64,000 nucleotides of DNA, taken from NCBI GenBank assembly GCA_951406725.2, contig OX597826.1, positions 63,426,001 through 63,490,000 of the forward strand, written 5' to 3'. The notes under the pieces were generated by a model that ran no database searches, was not told where the DNA came from, and saw only the letters and a program-made list of their open reading frames with translations. A program made the translations under genes and the position numbers. This document shows positions 48,809 to 63,500 of this stretch, piece by piece. Origin of the DNA: Octopus vulgaris. Taxonomy: Eukaryota. The stretch's first letter is position 1, and each line of letters opens with the position of its first letter.

Positions 48809-50451
48809 TTCTTTTGGTTTCTATCTACCAAATCCACTCACAAGGTTTTGATTGGCCCAAGGCTATAGTAGAAATCATTTGTCCAAGGTGCCACAAAGTG
48901 GAACTGAACCTGGAACCATATAGTTGGGAAGCAAGCTTCTTACCACACAGCCGCACTTGTGTCATACCTTATCTTTTATCTTCTACAAGTTCCAGTCATT
49001 GGATTGTTGCCCTTGATTAACATATAAAACTACCTAATTACATTAAATATGAAATCAATTCAAACAGAAATTGAAGAGATTGAAAATTGGTGGCCAAACA
49101 GAAAAGATCCCAACAAGACACAAACAAACATGTATGCATACATATGCACATATGATGGATCTCTTTCAGTTGTTATCTACCCAAAACTATTCACAAGGCT
49201 TTGGTTAGCTGGGGCTATAGTGAAAAACACTTGCCCAAGATGTCCAGTGTAGCTGAAACTATGCAGCTGAGAAGCAAACCTTTATTAACTACACATGTAT
49301 GCTAGCAACAAAATTATAAATTTACAATTTGCATAATTATAAATTTACAATTTAGGGACAGGAATAACAGCACCTATATAATAACTAGTGGAGACACATG
49401 GCCTAGTGGTTAGAGCAGCGGACTCGCGGTCGAGGAATCATGAGTTTGAATCTCAGACCGGGTGATGTGTGTGTTTATGAGCGAAACACCTCAGCTCCAC
49501 GCGGCTCCGACAGAAGGTAATGGCAAACTTCTGCTGACTCTTTCGCCACAACTTTCTCTCACTCTTTCCTCCTGCATCTTGCAGCTCACCTGCGACAGAC
49601 TGGCGTCCCATCCAGGTGGGGAACCTATATGCCAAGGAAATCGGGAAACTGGCCCTTATGAGCCAGGCATGGTTCAAGAAGGAACAAACAATATTATAAC
49701 TATTTTAATAATTTGTGCCCATAACTACTGGCTCATTCAGCATTAAAGTAACAGTCTGAAATGGCTGGGTTTTCAAACAAAGAGACCCTATAACTGGTAT
49801 CCTGCAAAATCAGTCTATCCATGGAACTCTGAAAATAGGCAAGTCTTTTTCGAACAGTGAGACATGATTATATTTTTGTTTCCATTAAATTTTTGTGGTG
49901 AGGTTTTGTTTCTTTGTTAGAAACTAGCCACCATTTTAGACCTGGTATTTTGTTTTACAGACCATCTTCCCTGAAGAGGGTCAAAGGGCAAAGTTGACTT
50001 CAGCAGGATTTGAACTCAGAACATAGAGAGCAAGTGTTTATGGGAATAGCTTAGAGAAGAAATGCAAACAAGCATGCATATATATATATATATATATACA
50101 TACAATGTATGTATGTATGTATGTATGTATGTGCGGATGTGTTTAGGGAGGTATGAAATATGCTATAGCATAAAGAATTAAATTTTAAATGCTGGAATTT
50201 CCTGTTATCAAATTGTTTAAATTAAATATCTAAATATATATGTTATATGTGTATATGAATATTATGTGTGTGTGTATGTTATGTATGTATAGAAAGGAAA
50301 AAGAATTATTGCTCCAATCACGGTGGGGGAGACTTGACATTTATTTTTTATATACTTTTTAGTTTCCATTGACAGCCACTAAGAATGATCAATCATGTGC
50401 TTCTAGGAGAGGAAGAGAACAGAGAGAGATTAATAAGAGAGGAGTGGAGAA

Positions 50452-50485
<34 letters not shown>

Positions 50486-50626
50486 AAGGAATGAACAGAG
50501 AGGGAAAGTATGCCGTGAGAGAAAAAGGTGACGAGAGATAAGGAGTATATAAACGGGAGAGAGAGAGAATTGTTTACTAAATCGGGTATCTCATTAAGGA
50601 GTGACCTGGAAAATGACCAAGCAGTT

Positions 50627-50659
<33 letters not shown>

Positions 50660-50819
50660 ATCTCTCTATATTTCCCCACGTACACACACTACATTTAGTT
50701 GTTCAACTACGCATTTGATTTAGAATAAAAACCCATGACACAGTAAACGAAATAACTGCTTTCTCTTAGGAATAATTTCAAACTAACAGGGTTACTGTTG
50801 GTGCTTTATTCGTCAGCCT

Positions 50820-50859
50820 GTGTGTGTGAGAGAGTGAGTGTGTGTGTGTGAGTGTGTGT

Positions 50860-50904
<45 letters not shown>

Positions 50905-50953
50905 TGAGTGTGTGTGAGTGTGTGTGTGTGTGTGTGTGAGTGTGTGTGTGTGA

Positions 50954-51000
<47 letters not shown>

Positions 51001-51096
51001 TGTGAGTGTGTGTGTGTGAGAGTGAGTGTGTGTGTGTGTGTGTGAGTGAGTGTGTGTGTGTGAGTGAGTGTGTGTGTGTGTGTGCGTGTGAGAGAG
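50820..51096. repeat. Long (TG)n/(TGAG) microsatellite
   Basis: Directly visible; source of the spurious HT-repeat ORF. Confidence 0.95.
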
Positions 51097-51550
51097 AACT
51101 TTCCGTGCCAGCTTGTGTCGTAAGATTTATATATTATGCTCCAAGGAAAGGCCATGCTGAAGACGTTGGCAACCGAGGACACCGTTATGTGGCCGTTCGG
51201 TTTACTAGAAACAGCAGCAAAACCTTTTGCAAATAACATCTGCCGTATAGAAAAAGGGAAGGGCTCCTGAAATAATTTAGTTCTATATATAGTCTTTAAA
51301 AAAAACCCGAGACTGTCACACGGCTGGAATAAACTAGAGCCAGAAAATGAAATCATTGACCCTGAAAGTTATCGTCTGCTAAGAAAATGCAAAATAAGAT
51401 TAGGTGTCCATTTGTATTATAAAAAAGACAAAGACGGCGACTTAGAATCGTTATTTCGTCGGAATAAATGTCTTGCAGTATGTCTTGCGGATCTTTATAT
51501 TCGGAGTTCAAATTCAGCCGAGATCAACTTAGCTTTTCATCGCTTTAAAG

Positions 51551-51918
51551 TAGCGGTTCTCAACCATGGTCCATTATAAGATTTTTTGGGGGTCTATGTA
51601 GCAAAATAGTAAATTAGGGGGCCCACAATAGTACTTTAAGGGCCTCCGAAAAAAAACTTTGCTTTAGATGTATATACTCTTTCTCTTTTACTCTTTTACT
51701 TGGTTCAGTCATTTGACTGCGGCCATGCTGGAGCACCGCCTTTAATCGAGCAACTCGACCCCCCCGGGACTTATTCTTTTGTAAGCCCAGTACTTATTCT
51801 ATCGGTCTCTTTTTGCCGAACCGCTAAGTAACGGGGACATAAACACACCAGCATCGGTTGTCAAGCAATGCTAGGGGGACAAACACAGACACAAACATAC
51901 ACGCACACACACACACAC

Positions 51919-51980
<62 letters not shown>

Positions 51981-52229
51981 GACGGGCTTCTTTCAGTTTC
52001 CGTCTACCAAATCCACTCACAAGGCATTGGTAAGTATTTCAAGAAATAGCTAGGTTTCATTGTCAAATGTTTTACATAATTCAGTCTACACAAGTTAATG
52101 TGCAGAAAATAAAATAGGAATTTTGAAAGGAGTTCCTATAAAACTAGTTTTTAAAAATCGAAAGGCTATGGGGGTTCACCAGACTAATCAAAGGGGTCCA
52201 TAGGTAAAAGAAATGGTTGAGAACCCCTG
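51551..52229. mobile_element. hAT-like MITE with nested, 5'-truncated family A SINE (51669-52030)
   Basis: TIR TAGCGGTTCTCAACCAT / ATGGTTGAGAACCCCTG; 8-bp TSD CTTTAAAG / CTCTAAAG (7/8 match). Confidence 0.8.
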
Positions 52230-53360
52230 CTCTAAAGGGTGGAATAGGCATAAGCCCTCCACCCAAAACTGCTGATATTATGGCTATATCAGAAAGTATA
52301 TAAACAAGACAAGTGTGCCCACCAAGATATTTAACAATGAAATATCGTTACAGCTGGCAGAAACGTTAGCACGCTGGGCGAAATGCTTTGCGGTATTTCG
52401 TCCGCCGCTGCGTTCTGAGTTCAAATTCCGCCGAGGTCAACTTTGCCTTTCATCCTTTCAGGGTCCATAAATTAAGTACCAGTTACGCACTGGGGTCGAT
52501 ATAATCGACTTAAATCGTTTGTCTGTCCTTGTTTGTCCTCTCTATGTTTAGCCCCTTGTGGGTAGTAAAGAAATAGGTATTTCGTCTGCCGCTACGTTCT
52601 GAGTTCAAATTCCGCCGAGGTCAACTTTGCCTTTCATCCTTTCGGGGTCGATAAATTAAGTACCAGTTACGCATTGGGGTCGATGTAATCGACTTAATTC
52701 GTTTGTCTGTCCTTGTTTGTCCTCTCTGTGTTTAGCCCCTTGTGGGTAATAAAGAAATAAGTATTTAATGTAAAAAAGAACCCCCCAAAAAAACATGGTG
52801 GGCGCATACAAATGCATTGAAAATTTCTCAAAACTATGTGATGTGTGGCCGTATAAATATGTGTGCGCGCTCACCAATTTTCTTTTTCACATTAAATCCC
52901 AATAAAATCGTAATGTACACCGCCTGAAAGGCATCAGTATAAAATTTCATTAAAAAATACCCATTTCCTTAGTTATGAGAAAACAAAATTAGTGAGGCAA
53001 AATCGGTGAAGGTATCCCCAAAGCAAAACAAACCTGTGTTGGAGGAACGTAGAAAAAAGATGTTGTGATGTTCATGCTTCTCCAAGAGTATTACTGTTTT
53101 GATAGATGTGTATTTAACGTCAACCGAAAATCATAACTATGAATGAACAAGCCTCAATTGGTCTTGTTTCTTACGTATTTCTTTATTTGCATATTACCTT
53201 ACGGCGCACGACATACATTCCCAATAAAACACACACAAAAGAAAAAGGAAAATTAAAATAAAATATGCAATAAGTTTTGAGTGTGCCGAGATCTGTGTAT
53301 ATAAAAAGGACTAAATTCAAAGATGCAGTTTCCATTCTTTGGAAAACAAAAAACAAGTAA

Positions 53361-53757
53361 CAGGAGTGGCTGTGTGGTAAGTAGCTTGCTTACCAGCCAC
53401 ATGGTTCCGGGTTCAGTCCCACTGCTTGGTACCTTGGGCAAGTGTCTTCCACTATAGCCTCGGGCCGACCAAAGCCTTGTGAGTGGATTTGATAGACGGA
53501 AACTGGAAGAAGCCCGTCATATATATGTATATATATATATTGTGTGTGTGTGTTTGTCCCCACAACATCGCTTGACAACAGATGCTGGTGTGTTTACATC
53601 CACGTAACTTAGCGGTTCGGCAAAAGAAACTGATAGAATAAGTACTAGGCTTACAAAGAATAAGTCCTGGGGTCAATTTGATTGACTAAAAGCGGTGCTC
53701 CAGCTTGGCTGCAGTCAAATGACTGAAACAAGTAACAGAGAGAGAGTAAAAAGAGTA
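53361..53757 (+). mobile_element. SINE family A
   Basis: Full length. Other copies at 40525-40885, 47660-48010, 48565-48960, 55617-55985, 56418-56832 and 58965-59385. Confidence 0.9.
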
Positions 53758-53812
53758 ACACAGTTTGTAACAAAAACACCATATACACGTACATAAATGT
53801 GTATGAATGTAC

Positions 53813-53852
<40 letters not shown>

Positions 53853-53880
53853 CTCTTTTTGAAGTTGAAAGGATTTCACA

Positions 53881-53922
53881 AACTGTTACTCAGAGTTTCA
53901 CATAAACAATCATCAGACAGTT
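53881..53922 (-). ncRNA. Minimal type I hammerhead motif with damaged stem II
   Basis: Minus strand AACTGT-CTGATGA-TTGTTTATGT-GAAA-CTCTGAG-TA-ACAGTT: stem I and core intact, GUA site, stem II unpaired. Confidence 0.55.
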
Positions 53923-56328
53923 GTGGTTACGCAAAATTCTGAGTAACGGTTATTGAAATTTTGTGAGATTCAATAAATTACTATTTTGCTCTACCTTTCG
54001 TATTCGAGCACTATTTTTCTTTTCGCCTTGTCTTGCACAAATGTGCCTGTGTGCGTATGCATGCACATGCAGTATGGTCCACTGGTTAAAAAGGTTACTT
54101 CTAAACTACATTGTCCAAAGTTTGAATCCACTGCATGGCACCTTGGACAGATGTCATTTAGCCTTGAGTTGGCTCAAACTTTTGAATGAAATTGAGTTGA
54201 GGGGAAACTGTAGAGAAGTCCATCAGTAAAGCTGACTCTGCCTGAGAATACGTGTATCTATGGAATGCCTACGGTGCTCTCTGTGTCTCTTACCAGCTAA
54301 CATTACTTTTTTATACTTCAAGCCACCGCTTTCTCTCCTCCAAGTGACATTTTACTGACAGTCATCACACACCAGCAAAAATATAGCTGTCATCAGTATA
54401 AAAAAATGGGGGTAAAAGACTCCCTTCAGTCATGAATGACTGTGGGATTGCACCTAGAAAGCTCCCCTCTGAGGCACAAGTCTGGGCAAGGTTTGTTTTA
54501 TGGAAGACCAGCAGTCGCCCATGCATACCAGCCTCTCCTCTCCATGCCACTGATGTTATCCAAGGGAAAAGCAGAGGCCAATACAGCTTGGCACCAGAGA
54601 TGTCGCAACTCATTTCTACAGATGGGTGAACTGGAACAATGGGAAATAAAGTGTCCTGCTCAAGAACACAACACACAGCCAAGTCCGGAAATCGAACTCA
54701 CTACCTCATGATTGCAAGCCTGATGCTCTAACCACTGAGCCATGTGCCTTCACTATGCCATCAGTTATATCTCTCCCACTACCCATGCCATACCTCTGTC
54801 TTTAAATCTTGTCTTTATTTCATTACCTCTAGTACTGTCCCCCCCTCCTCCATGTACATAGTCACTTCAACTATTCTCTGTCTCCACCCTTATTACACTC
54901 TCCATTTTCCCCTCACTCTAGGTCACCTTTTATAATTATCTTCTCTCCTACCCATTCTTATTTCTTTATTGCCCACAAGGGGCTAAACATAGAGGGGACA
55001 AACAAGGACAGACAAAGGTATTAAGTCGATTAGATTGACCCCAGTGCGTAAATGGTACTTAATTTATCGACCCCGAAAGGATGAAAGGCAAAGTCGATCT
55101 AGGCGGAATTTGAACTCAGAACGTAACGGCAGACAAAATACCGCTCAGCATTTCGCCCGGCATGCTAACGTTTCTGCCAGCTCACCGCCTTTCTCCTACC
55201 CTTGCTGTTGATGATGCTACCCTGACCAAATGGAAGCAATGTAGAATAGTGAAGACTGCTATCTTATGAAGTACAAGGTAACCTCACCAGTGGTGCCATG
55301 ATGAAATGTATACAGTGCACTCTATAGACTTCTTGATGAATTAGTGGAAACAATGCAAGGTCAGGAAGCTTTTAGTCTTGTCTTCTTGAGGGCATAACAA
55401 CCTCACTAATACTGATGCCATAAAATGCACCTAGTACACTTTGTAAACTAGAGTTGGCAATAGACTTAGAAAGGACAGCAATCACAGGCACAAAATCATT
55501 ATACCAACTGCTGCTGAATTGTTGTGCAATATCATTGATTAAATACCTCATCATCATCATCATCATCATGTAATGTCCACTATATCATGCTTGCATAGGT
55601 CAGAAGGAATTTGCTAACTCTTTACTCTTTTACTTGTTTCAGTCATTTGACTGCGGCCATGCTGGAGCACCGCCTTTAGTCGAGCAAATCGACCCCGGGA
55701 CTTATTCTTTGGAAGCCTAGTACTTATTCAATCAGTCTCTTTTGCCGAACCGCTAAGTTACGGGGACATAAACACACCAGCATCAGTTGTCAAGCAATGT
55801 TGGGGAGACAAACACAGACACACAAACATACACACACACATACATATATACATATATACAACAGGCTTCTTTCAGTTTCCGTCTACCAAATCCACTCACA
55901 AGGCTTTGGTCGGCCCGAGGCAATAGCAGAAGACACCTGCCCAAGGTGCCACGCAGTGGGACTGAACCCAGAACCACTCCTACGCCTATTAAGGAAAATT
56001 TCTTTCTACAGCAAGATGTCCTTTCCTGTCACTAACCCTCACCTGTTTCCCCATCAAGGTAATATTTTCCCCTAAGTAGGTAGGCATGATTTTCATGGAA
56101 GATTAGAAACAAACTACCTTACTTGTATGATGATGATGCTCATTTACAACCAGCATCCAATGTCTAGAGAAGGAAACACACAAACAAAAACAAAACAGGC
56201 TTCTTTTGGTTTCTTTTAACTGAATTCAAGACCACATGGTTGGGAAGCAAGCTTTTTGATCACACAGCAACACCAGCACATCAAAATAATGCGTACCATC
56301 GAGATGTATGTACACCTATCTACAATAT

Positions 56329-57005
56329 CAGTGGTTTTCAACTGGGGTCCATATGGCCCTTGGTAGCCAACATAAGATTTTGCTGTTAAAATTTATGCGC
56401 AATAAATTGGTGAGACTTACTCTTTTACTTGTTTCAGTCATTTGACTGTGGCCGTGCTGGAGCACCGCCTTTAACTCAAGCAAATTGACCCCAGGACTTA
56501 TTCTTTGTAAGCCTAGTACTTATTCAATCATTCCCTTTTGCCGAACCGCTAAGTTACGGGGACATAAACACACCAGCATTGGTTGTCAAGTGATGTTGGG
56601 GGGACAAACACAGACACAAATATATACACACGCATACACATATATACATACATATATATACATATATACGATGGGCTCCTTTCAGTTTCCGTCTACCAAA
56701 TCCATTCACAAGGCTTTGGTCGGCCTGATGCTATAGTAGAAGACACTTGCCCAAGGTGCCACGCAGTGGGACTGAACCTGGAACCATGTAGTTGGTAAGC
56801 AAGCTACTTACCACACAGCCACTCCTACACCTATATGTCTACAAAACACAAATTAGTTTAACAATTTCTTTTTTATACAGTTCCTAATAATATTTAACTA
56901 TAAAAATATAAAGGGACCCTTTGAAACATTGAATGCTTATTATCCTGTACAGTAAGATAGGAAACAAAGGAGTCCCTTGACCAAAAACATGGTCGAGAAC
57001 CAATG
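56329..57005. mobile_element. hAT-like MITE with nested family A SINE
   Basis: CAGTGGTTTTCAAC ... GTCGAGAACCAATG; interior homologous to 7401-7480. Confidence 0.6.
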
Positions 57006-57574
57006 TACTTATATATTTGTTTGTATGGTATTTAAATATCCCAACTTACATTCCTTCTCTCTCTCTCTCAACATCAGGGCACATTGAAGGTATTTTTCAC
57101 AACCTTTCTAGGACATCTATTATATTTCAGTCATATAAAGTGACTGCTTTGTTCCTTTGTCCTTTTCTTATTGATTTATGTAACAACCCACCCAACCCAT
57201 GATATCAGCAACAGTTATATATCATGTGTATATCAAGGTGTACTTATGGTGTAAATTTCCTGTTTGGCTAAGTCACATAGTCATAAAGTCATAGCACCCA
57301 CTACCAATTGTGACCTGAGATTTGCAGATCTTTCTTACCTTTCAGCTTACTGAGATCAATAAAATAAGTAATTGTCTATAGACTGAAGGGTTTAATATTA
57401 TCCATATAGGTGCAGACATGGCTATGTGGTAAGAAGTTTGCTTCTTAACCACCTGGCTCTGGGTTCAATCCCACAGCATGGGGTTGGAGTTAAGTTTCGG
57501 ATTTAAGGACTTAACTGAGCACTAACTGGTGGCTACCCATACTGCACTTACTTTAGCATTGTGTGCAAGTGTAT

Positions 57575-57624
<50 letters not shown>

Positions 57625-58018
57625 GGTTAGGGCAGCGGACTCGCGGTCGTAGGATCATGGTTTCGATTCCCAGACCGGGCGTTGTGAGTGTTTATTGAGC
57701 AAAAACACCTAAAGCTCCACAAGGCTCCGGCAGGGGGTGGTGGCGATCCCTGCTGTACTCTTTCGCCACAACTTTCTCTCACTCTTTCTTCTGTTGGCCT
57801 GCTCGCTTAGCCAGCAGGGTGGTGTCATTTGAAGGCTAAAACAATGCGAAGCGCATTATGACCAGCGATGTGTAGCAACATCTGATAGCCTGGTCGATCA
57901 CGGTGACATATCTAAGGATAAGATTGTTATTTAAAATACTGATCAAATCAAGTAGTTAGCATGGGAATAAAAACTTCATAGGTAATAATTATTATTAGAA
58001 TTATAATTAAGGGTATCT

Positions 58019-58162
58019 AAAAGATACCACCATGCTAGATATAGCAGTCAAAACTTGACTCTAAAACCACATCAAATATTCATACATTCAATGAATGTAT
58101 GAATATTTGATGTGGTTTAGAGTCAAGTTTTGACTGCTATATCTAGCATGGTGGTATCTTTT
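58019..58162. repeat. Near-perfect 144-bp palindrome (Penelope-like end sequence)
   Basis: AAAAGATACCACCATGCTAGATATAGCAGTCAAAA...ATTCA-A-TGAAT...GGTATCTTTT; 1-nt loop, one indel. Confidence 0.9.
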
Positions 58163-59573
58163 CAATATATATGTATGTGTGTGTATATGTTTGTGTGTCT
58201 GTGTTTGTCCTCACAACATCGCTTGACAACCGATGGTGGTGTGTTTACGTCCCGTAACTTAGAGGTTCGGCAAAAGAGACCGAAAGAATAAGTACTGGGC
58301 TTCCAAAGAATAAGTCCTGGGGTTGATTTGCTTGAATCTGGGAATCGAAACCGCGATCCTCCGACCGCGAGTCCACTGCCCTAACCACTGGGCTACTGCG
58401 CCTCCACATATATATATATATTGTCGGACATGAACAAACAATACAAATATGTGTTAACAAAAACACATACACACACACAAACACACATGCACACACCATC
58501 ATTTTAACACCCACTTTTTTCTGCTCACATGGGCCAGATGGAATTCATTGAAGCAGATTTTCCACTGCCAGGTGCCTTTCCTGTCCCCAACCCATACCAG
58601 TTTTCAAGTAAGGTAATGTTTCTCTGTAGCCAGACAGGTTTATCACAGGAGATTGGAATATGAACAAGGCCTGTTCACATGCATCCAGTGTAGAAACCAT
58701 GCCACTGCTGGTGTCACATAAAAAGTGCCATTGCTGGTTCCACATAAAAAGTGCCCATGCTGGTGTCACATATAAAGCACTGGGGATGGTGCCATACAAA
58801 AAGTATCCATTAAACTCTGTAAAGTGGTTGGTGTTAGGAAGAACATCCCAGCTGTAGAAACCAAACCGAAACAGACACCTGGAGCCTGTTGCAGCTCTCT
58901 GGTTTGCCAGCTCCTGTCAAACCATCCAACCCATGCCAGTGTGGAAAACAAACATTAAATTGTGGCAGGAGTGGCTGTGTGGTAAGTAGCTTGCTAACCA
59001 GCCACATGGTTCCGGGTTCAGTCCCACTGCGTGGCATCTTGGGCATGTGTCTTCTTCTATAGCCCCGGGCCGACCAATGCCTTGTGAGTGGATTTAGTGA
59101 GTGGATTTGGTAGACGGAAACTGAAAGAAGCCTGTCGTATATATGTATATATATATATGTATGTATGTGTGTGTGTTTGTGTGTCTGTGTTTGTCCCCCT
59201 AGCATTGCTTGACAACTGATGCTGGTGTGTTTACGTCCCCGTTACCTAGCAGTTCAGCAAAAGAGACCGATAGAATAAGTACTGAGCTTACAAAGAATAA
59301 GTCCCGGGGTCGATTTGCTCGACTAAAGGTGGTGCTCCAGCATGGCCACAGTCAAATGACTGAAACGAGTAAAAGAGAAAAAGAGTATGATGATACACAC
59401 ACACACACACACACAGAGGTTCCTACACAGATTCCGCCTACTAGACATTGGTTGGCCTAGGGTTATAGGAGAAGACACTTGCCCAAGGTGCCATGCAGTG
59501 AAACTGAACCTGAAACTATGTGGTTGCAAAACGAGCTTCCTGACTACACAGCCATGCCTGCACCTATGTATGT

Positions 59574-59628
<55 letters not shown>

Positions 59629-60258
59629 GATGGATTGTAAACTAAATGGATATTAATATGTAGAAGTAGAAAGATTCATGAGGCAGAACTGAGACACAGA
59701 CAAGCGGGCAGGCAGACACACAGACCGACTGACAGAGACAGACAGACTGACAGAGACAGACAGATACACAGACAGGCAGACACAGTGTCAGACACAGAGA
59801 CAGGCAAACACAGATACACACACAGACAGACTCAAACAGACACAGACACACTGACAGACAACGATGGAACTGGATATTAATAACTTATAAGCACATGGTA
59901 TATCATTATGCAATGTTTTATAAGTCAATACCATGTACTACTGTGTTAGCAGTGCACTCAAATCACGTGTTAAGGTCATCCCTACAGATTTTCTAAGGGA
60001 ATTATAGCCATTGAAACATTAAAACAAAATCAGTGCTGGCCATAATTTCTATAGATAATTTTGTAGAGATGACCCTAACACCTGATGGAACTGGGTATTA
60101 AGGGACTACGAGGTACACTAAGGTTTATGAGGTGAGATTTGGGCAAGGTGGGACTAGATGCTATACGGGGGAAAAAAAAAAGTTATAAACAATTTTATTC
60201 TCTATCACTCATTCTCTGTCATTTGACGCCATCAGAAATTGCATCGTCCGTGAACCTC

Positions 60259-60359
<101 letters not shown>

Positions 60360-60473
60360 ATATTTTATTTTCAAACTTTTGCTTGTTCATTTATTGGAAA
60401 TGACAAAAATTTGCTGGGTTTTTTCCCCGTCAAAATACCAGCTGCGCCAACAGTTGGGATACTGCTCACTCAC

Positions 60474-60540
60474 TGACTCTTTCTATATTTCTATACTTCC
60501 CAATTCTGACTCTTTCTATATTTCTATACTTCCCAATTCT
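60474..60540. repeat. Perfect 33-bp tandem duplication
   Basis: TGACTCTTTCTATATTTCTATACTTCCCAATTC x2. Confidence 0.9.
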
Positions 60541-63500
60541 ACCACTCCTTTTGTCATTTTACTTTCCTTTTACCAGTGTGACGGAAGTGCAAACTGCATT
60601 CTATTGTAAGATGTGTGACTGTGAATGCTTGTGTGTGGAACTGATAGGTATGGTATAATTTATGATAAAAATTTAGTTTCATTTTGCTTAAAGTAGCAGC
60701 AACTACAGAGCTCACTCCTATTCTCCCGTATTTAGTGTCTATGACTATCACTCACTCCCACTCCGTTTGCTGTTTTAGTTTCCCTTTGCCAGCGTGACCG
60801 ACCAGATACACGTTGCGTTTTATTATGCGTAAGATATTTTTCTGTCTTTCATAATTATACTCCTAGATAGACAACGACGGAAAAACAAATAACAAAATCT
60901 CCCTCAAAAGTCATCGTATTGTCTATGGTCCGTTCGATCAGAGCTGATCAATAGCTAAATATCAATATGAAGATGCTTCTGTGTGGTCACTGGACAATGT
61001 TAGAAATAGCAGCTGTGACTTCTTTAAATCACATCCTACCATCTTAAAAAAAAGTGAGAGGGTGAATATATTGGATAATAGTCAGGTGGTCGAGTGTACT
61101 CTAGGCTTAGAATTAGAAAAAAAAATCATCGTTGAAAACTTTCGATCACTGATAGGTTTGCTCGATGAAAACCGACTCAATGCAAAACCATAACAACTAC
61201 AGCATCAATAGTGCTTTCGTTTTGCTGCTAATGTCACTTCAACATTTCAGGTTTAGTCATAATGAAAACTTGGTTTCCTTTATTATTATTATTATTTACT
61301 TACATTTCTTTCAGTTGGTTAGCAACACAAACATACAGAATATTAACAGAAGTACAGTTGTCCGGTTGTGTAGCTAAGCTGGCAGAAACGTTAGCACGCC
61401 GGGCGAAATGCTTTAGCGATATTTCGTCTGCCGTGACGTTCTGAGTTCAAATTCCGCCGAGGTCGACTTTGCCTTTCAACCTTTCGGGGTCGATTATATA
61501 AGTACCAGTTACGCACTGGGGTCAATATAATCGACTTAATCCGTTTGTCTGTCCTTGTTTGAACTTTCTGTGTTTAGCCCCTTGTGGGTAGTAAAGAAAT
61601 ATGTATAGCTAAGAAGCGGCAGACCTTGGGCTAGTGTCTTTCCACAATATATAACCCCAGTGCCCTCAGGCTACGAAAGTGAAAAGATCCGACCAATGTC
61701 TTGTGAGTGAATTTGACAGACGAAAACTCTCTCTGTGTGTGTGTGTGTGAACCGCCACTTGACAACTAGCAATGGTTTGTTTACATCCCAGTAACGTAGC
61801 GGTTCGAAAAAAAAAATATATATATATAAAGTAAGTAACGGACTTTAAAAATCAGTACAGTGGTTATTTTGTTCGACTAACCCAACAATGCGGTGCTCCG
61901 GCGTGGCCGCAATCAAAGGGCTGAAACAAAAGATTTTAAAAAAAAACAAACAAACAAGTAAAAGAGTAAACAACCTTTAGCATCAACAAAAACGACAAAA
62001 ACAAACACAAATAATAACGATGACGAATCACTGTCGTCACCGATATTGTCAACATCGATGTCAACAACATAAAACGTAAAAAGGGCGAAAGAGCCAACCG
62101 ACCGAAGCTATTGCGTAGTAGTCATTCGAAATAACAGCCAAATAGCCTTCAAAACAAGAGCGCGCGCACAAACGCACCGAAGGACATTACCCACAGCGAC
62201 AACACGCATAAACAGTTATGTGGTCGTCCAGCCTGCTTAAAATAGCAGCCAAACACATTGTAGTGCGTTGGTTGATACGAGAAAGTAACATCAAATAATG
62301 AATGAGGTCTTAGATCTATGTTTACGTCTTCAAAAGGAGGGGCGGCCACAGCCGGATTGCAGTTGGTCATAGACCTGCTCCGCCAGAGCAGACCTGGCAA
62401 AACTGGCTCTTCACGCCTACACACACACAAATTATGGCCGTCTATTCTACGTCGCAATTGTTCAAACTGGTCAACCTGCTAGATATAGAAGTCAAATCTC
62501 ACTCAATTCCCACCTAAGGAAGGACGCGTTGGATAATGCAGTCCTGGGTATATAATATTTATACAAAAAAACCGGGATGGTCACATCTGGAATGGTTTTA
62601 ATCATAGGTCTGCTCCATCAGAACTGACTTGGTGTATGTGTGCATGGCCGCAGTCTAATGACTGAAGCAAGTAACAGCCAAAAAATACATGTAGCGTATG
62701 TGCACAGACACACACACACACATGTTTGGACTCCATGTCAGCCCTGACTGAACAAGGTATGACCAAAGCGATCTAGCCAAGACGGTCGATGAAGGAAATG
62801 GATACTAGGAACTGCAGGTACACTAACGTCCAAGAAGATGCTATAAGTCACAACTAACGCCACTTCGTGAGCTGAGGGAAATACCATCCCTAGCGTACCT
62901 CCTTATTTCCATGATTGCATCACATCTTTTGAAACACCAAGGGCTAATTTACCCAATGCATCCATTTAAAAGATGTACAGGGGAGATTTCAGGGAGATTT
63001 GGTGGCTATTTTTGTCAAGTCAGACGATCGTGTTGATGCTCTCTCATTAAAAGTTCTCGGCAATCCGATTTTGACAAAGTTTCGGTTCTCATTTCCAGCT
63101 GCTTCACTTAAATGTTACCTGGATCCTTGGAACTAGGGATAGGAAGGATCTTTACTTTATGCTAAGATTCGTGAGACCGAGGGAAGGTCAGATGTTATAA
63201 GCACATACGCGCACGCGATTAGATGCATAGAGAAACACTGTTCCTCTGGTCCCCGCTACTTCCACTACTGGAGTGATAAAAATCTAAATAATTTACGGCA
63301 TATCTACACAACTGCGCTCACCATCCACCCAGCTTTTGTTTCCTCATAATTTGCAGAAAAATTGGTAATTTTTTTAAAATAAAATTTCCCACAAGTACCT
63401 TTCAGGTGGTGTAGATTTATGATTATATCGGAATTTAATGTGAAAAAGAAAACTGACGAGCGTGCAGCTTCATTTTTGTCTACGGGTGTATACGAGTGCA

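Noticed and set aside
50778-51356. 192-aa ORF, the longest in the track
   Set aside because: Open only because of the (TG)n microsatellite.
62149-62457. 102-aa ORF in a CpG-richer patch
   Set aside because: No recognisable domain or splice pattern; it overlaps a decayed repeat with the AATAGCAGCCAAA motif.
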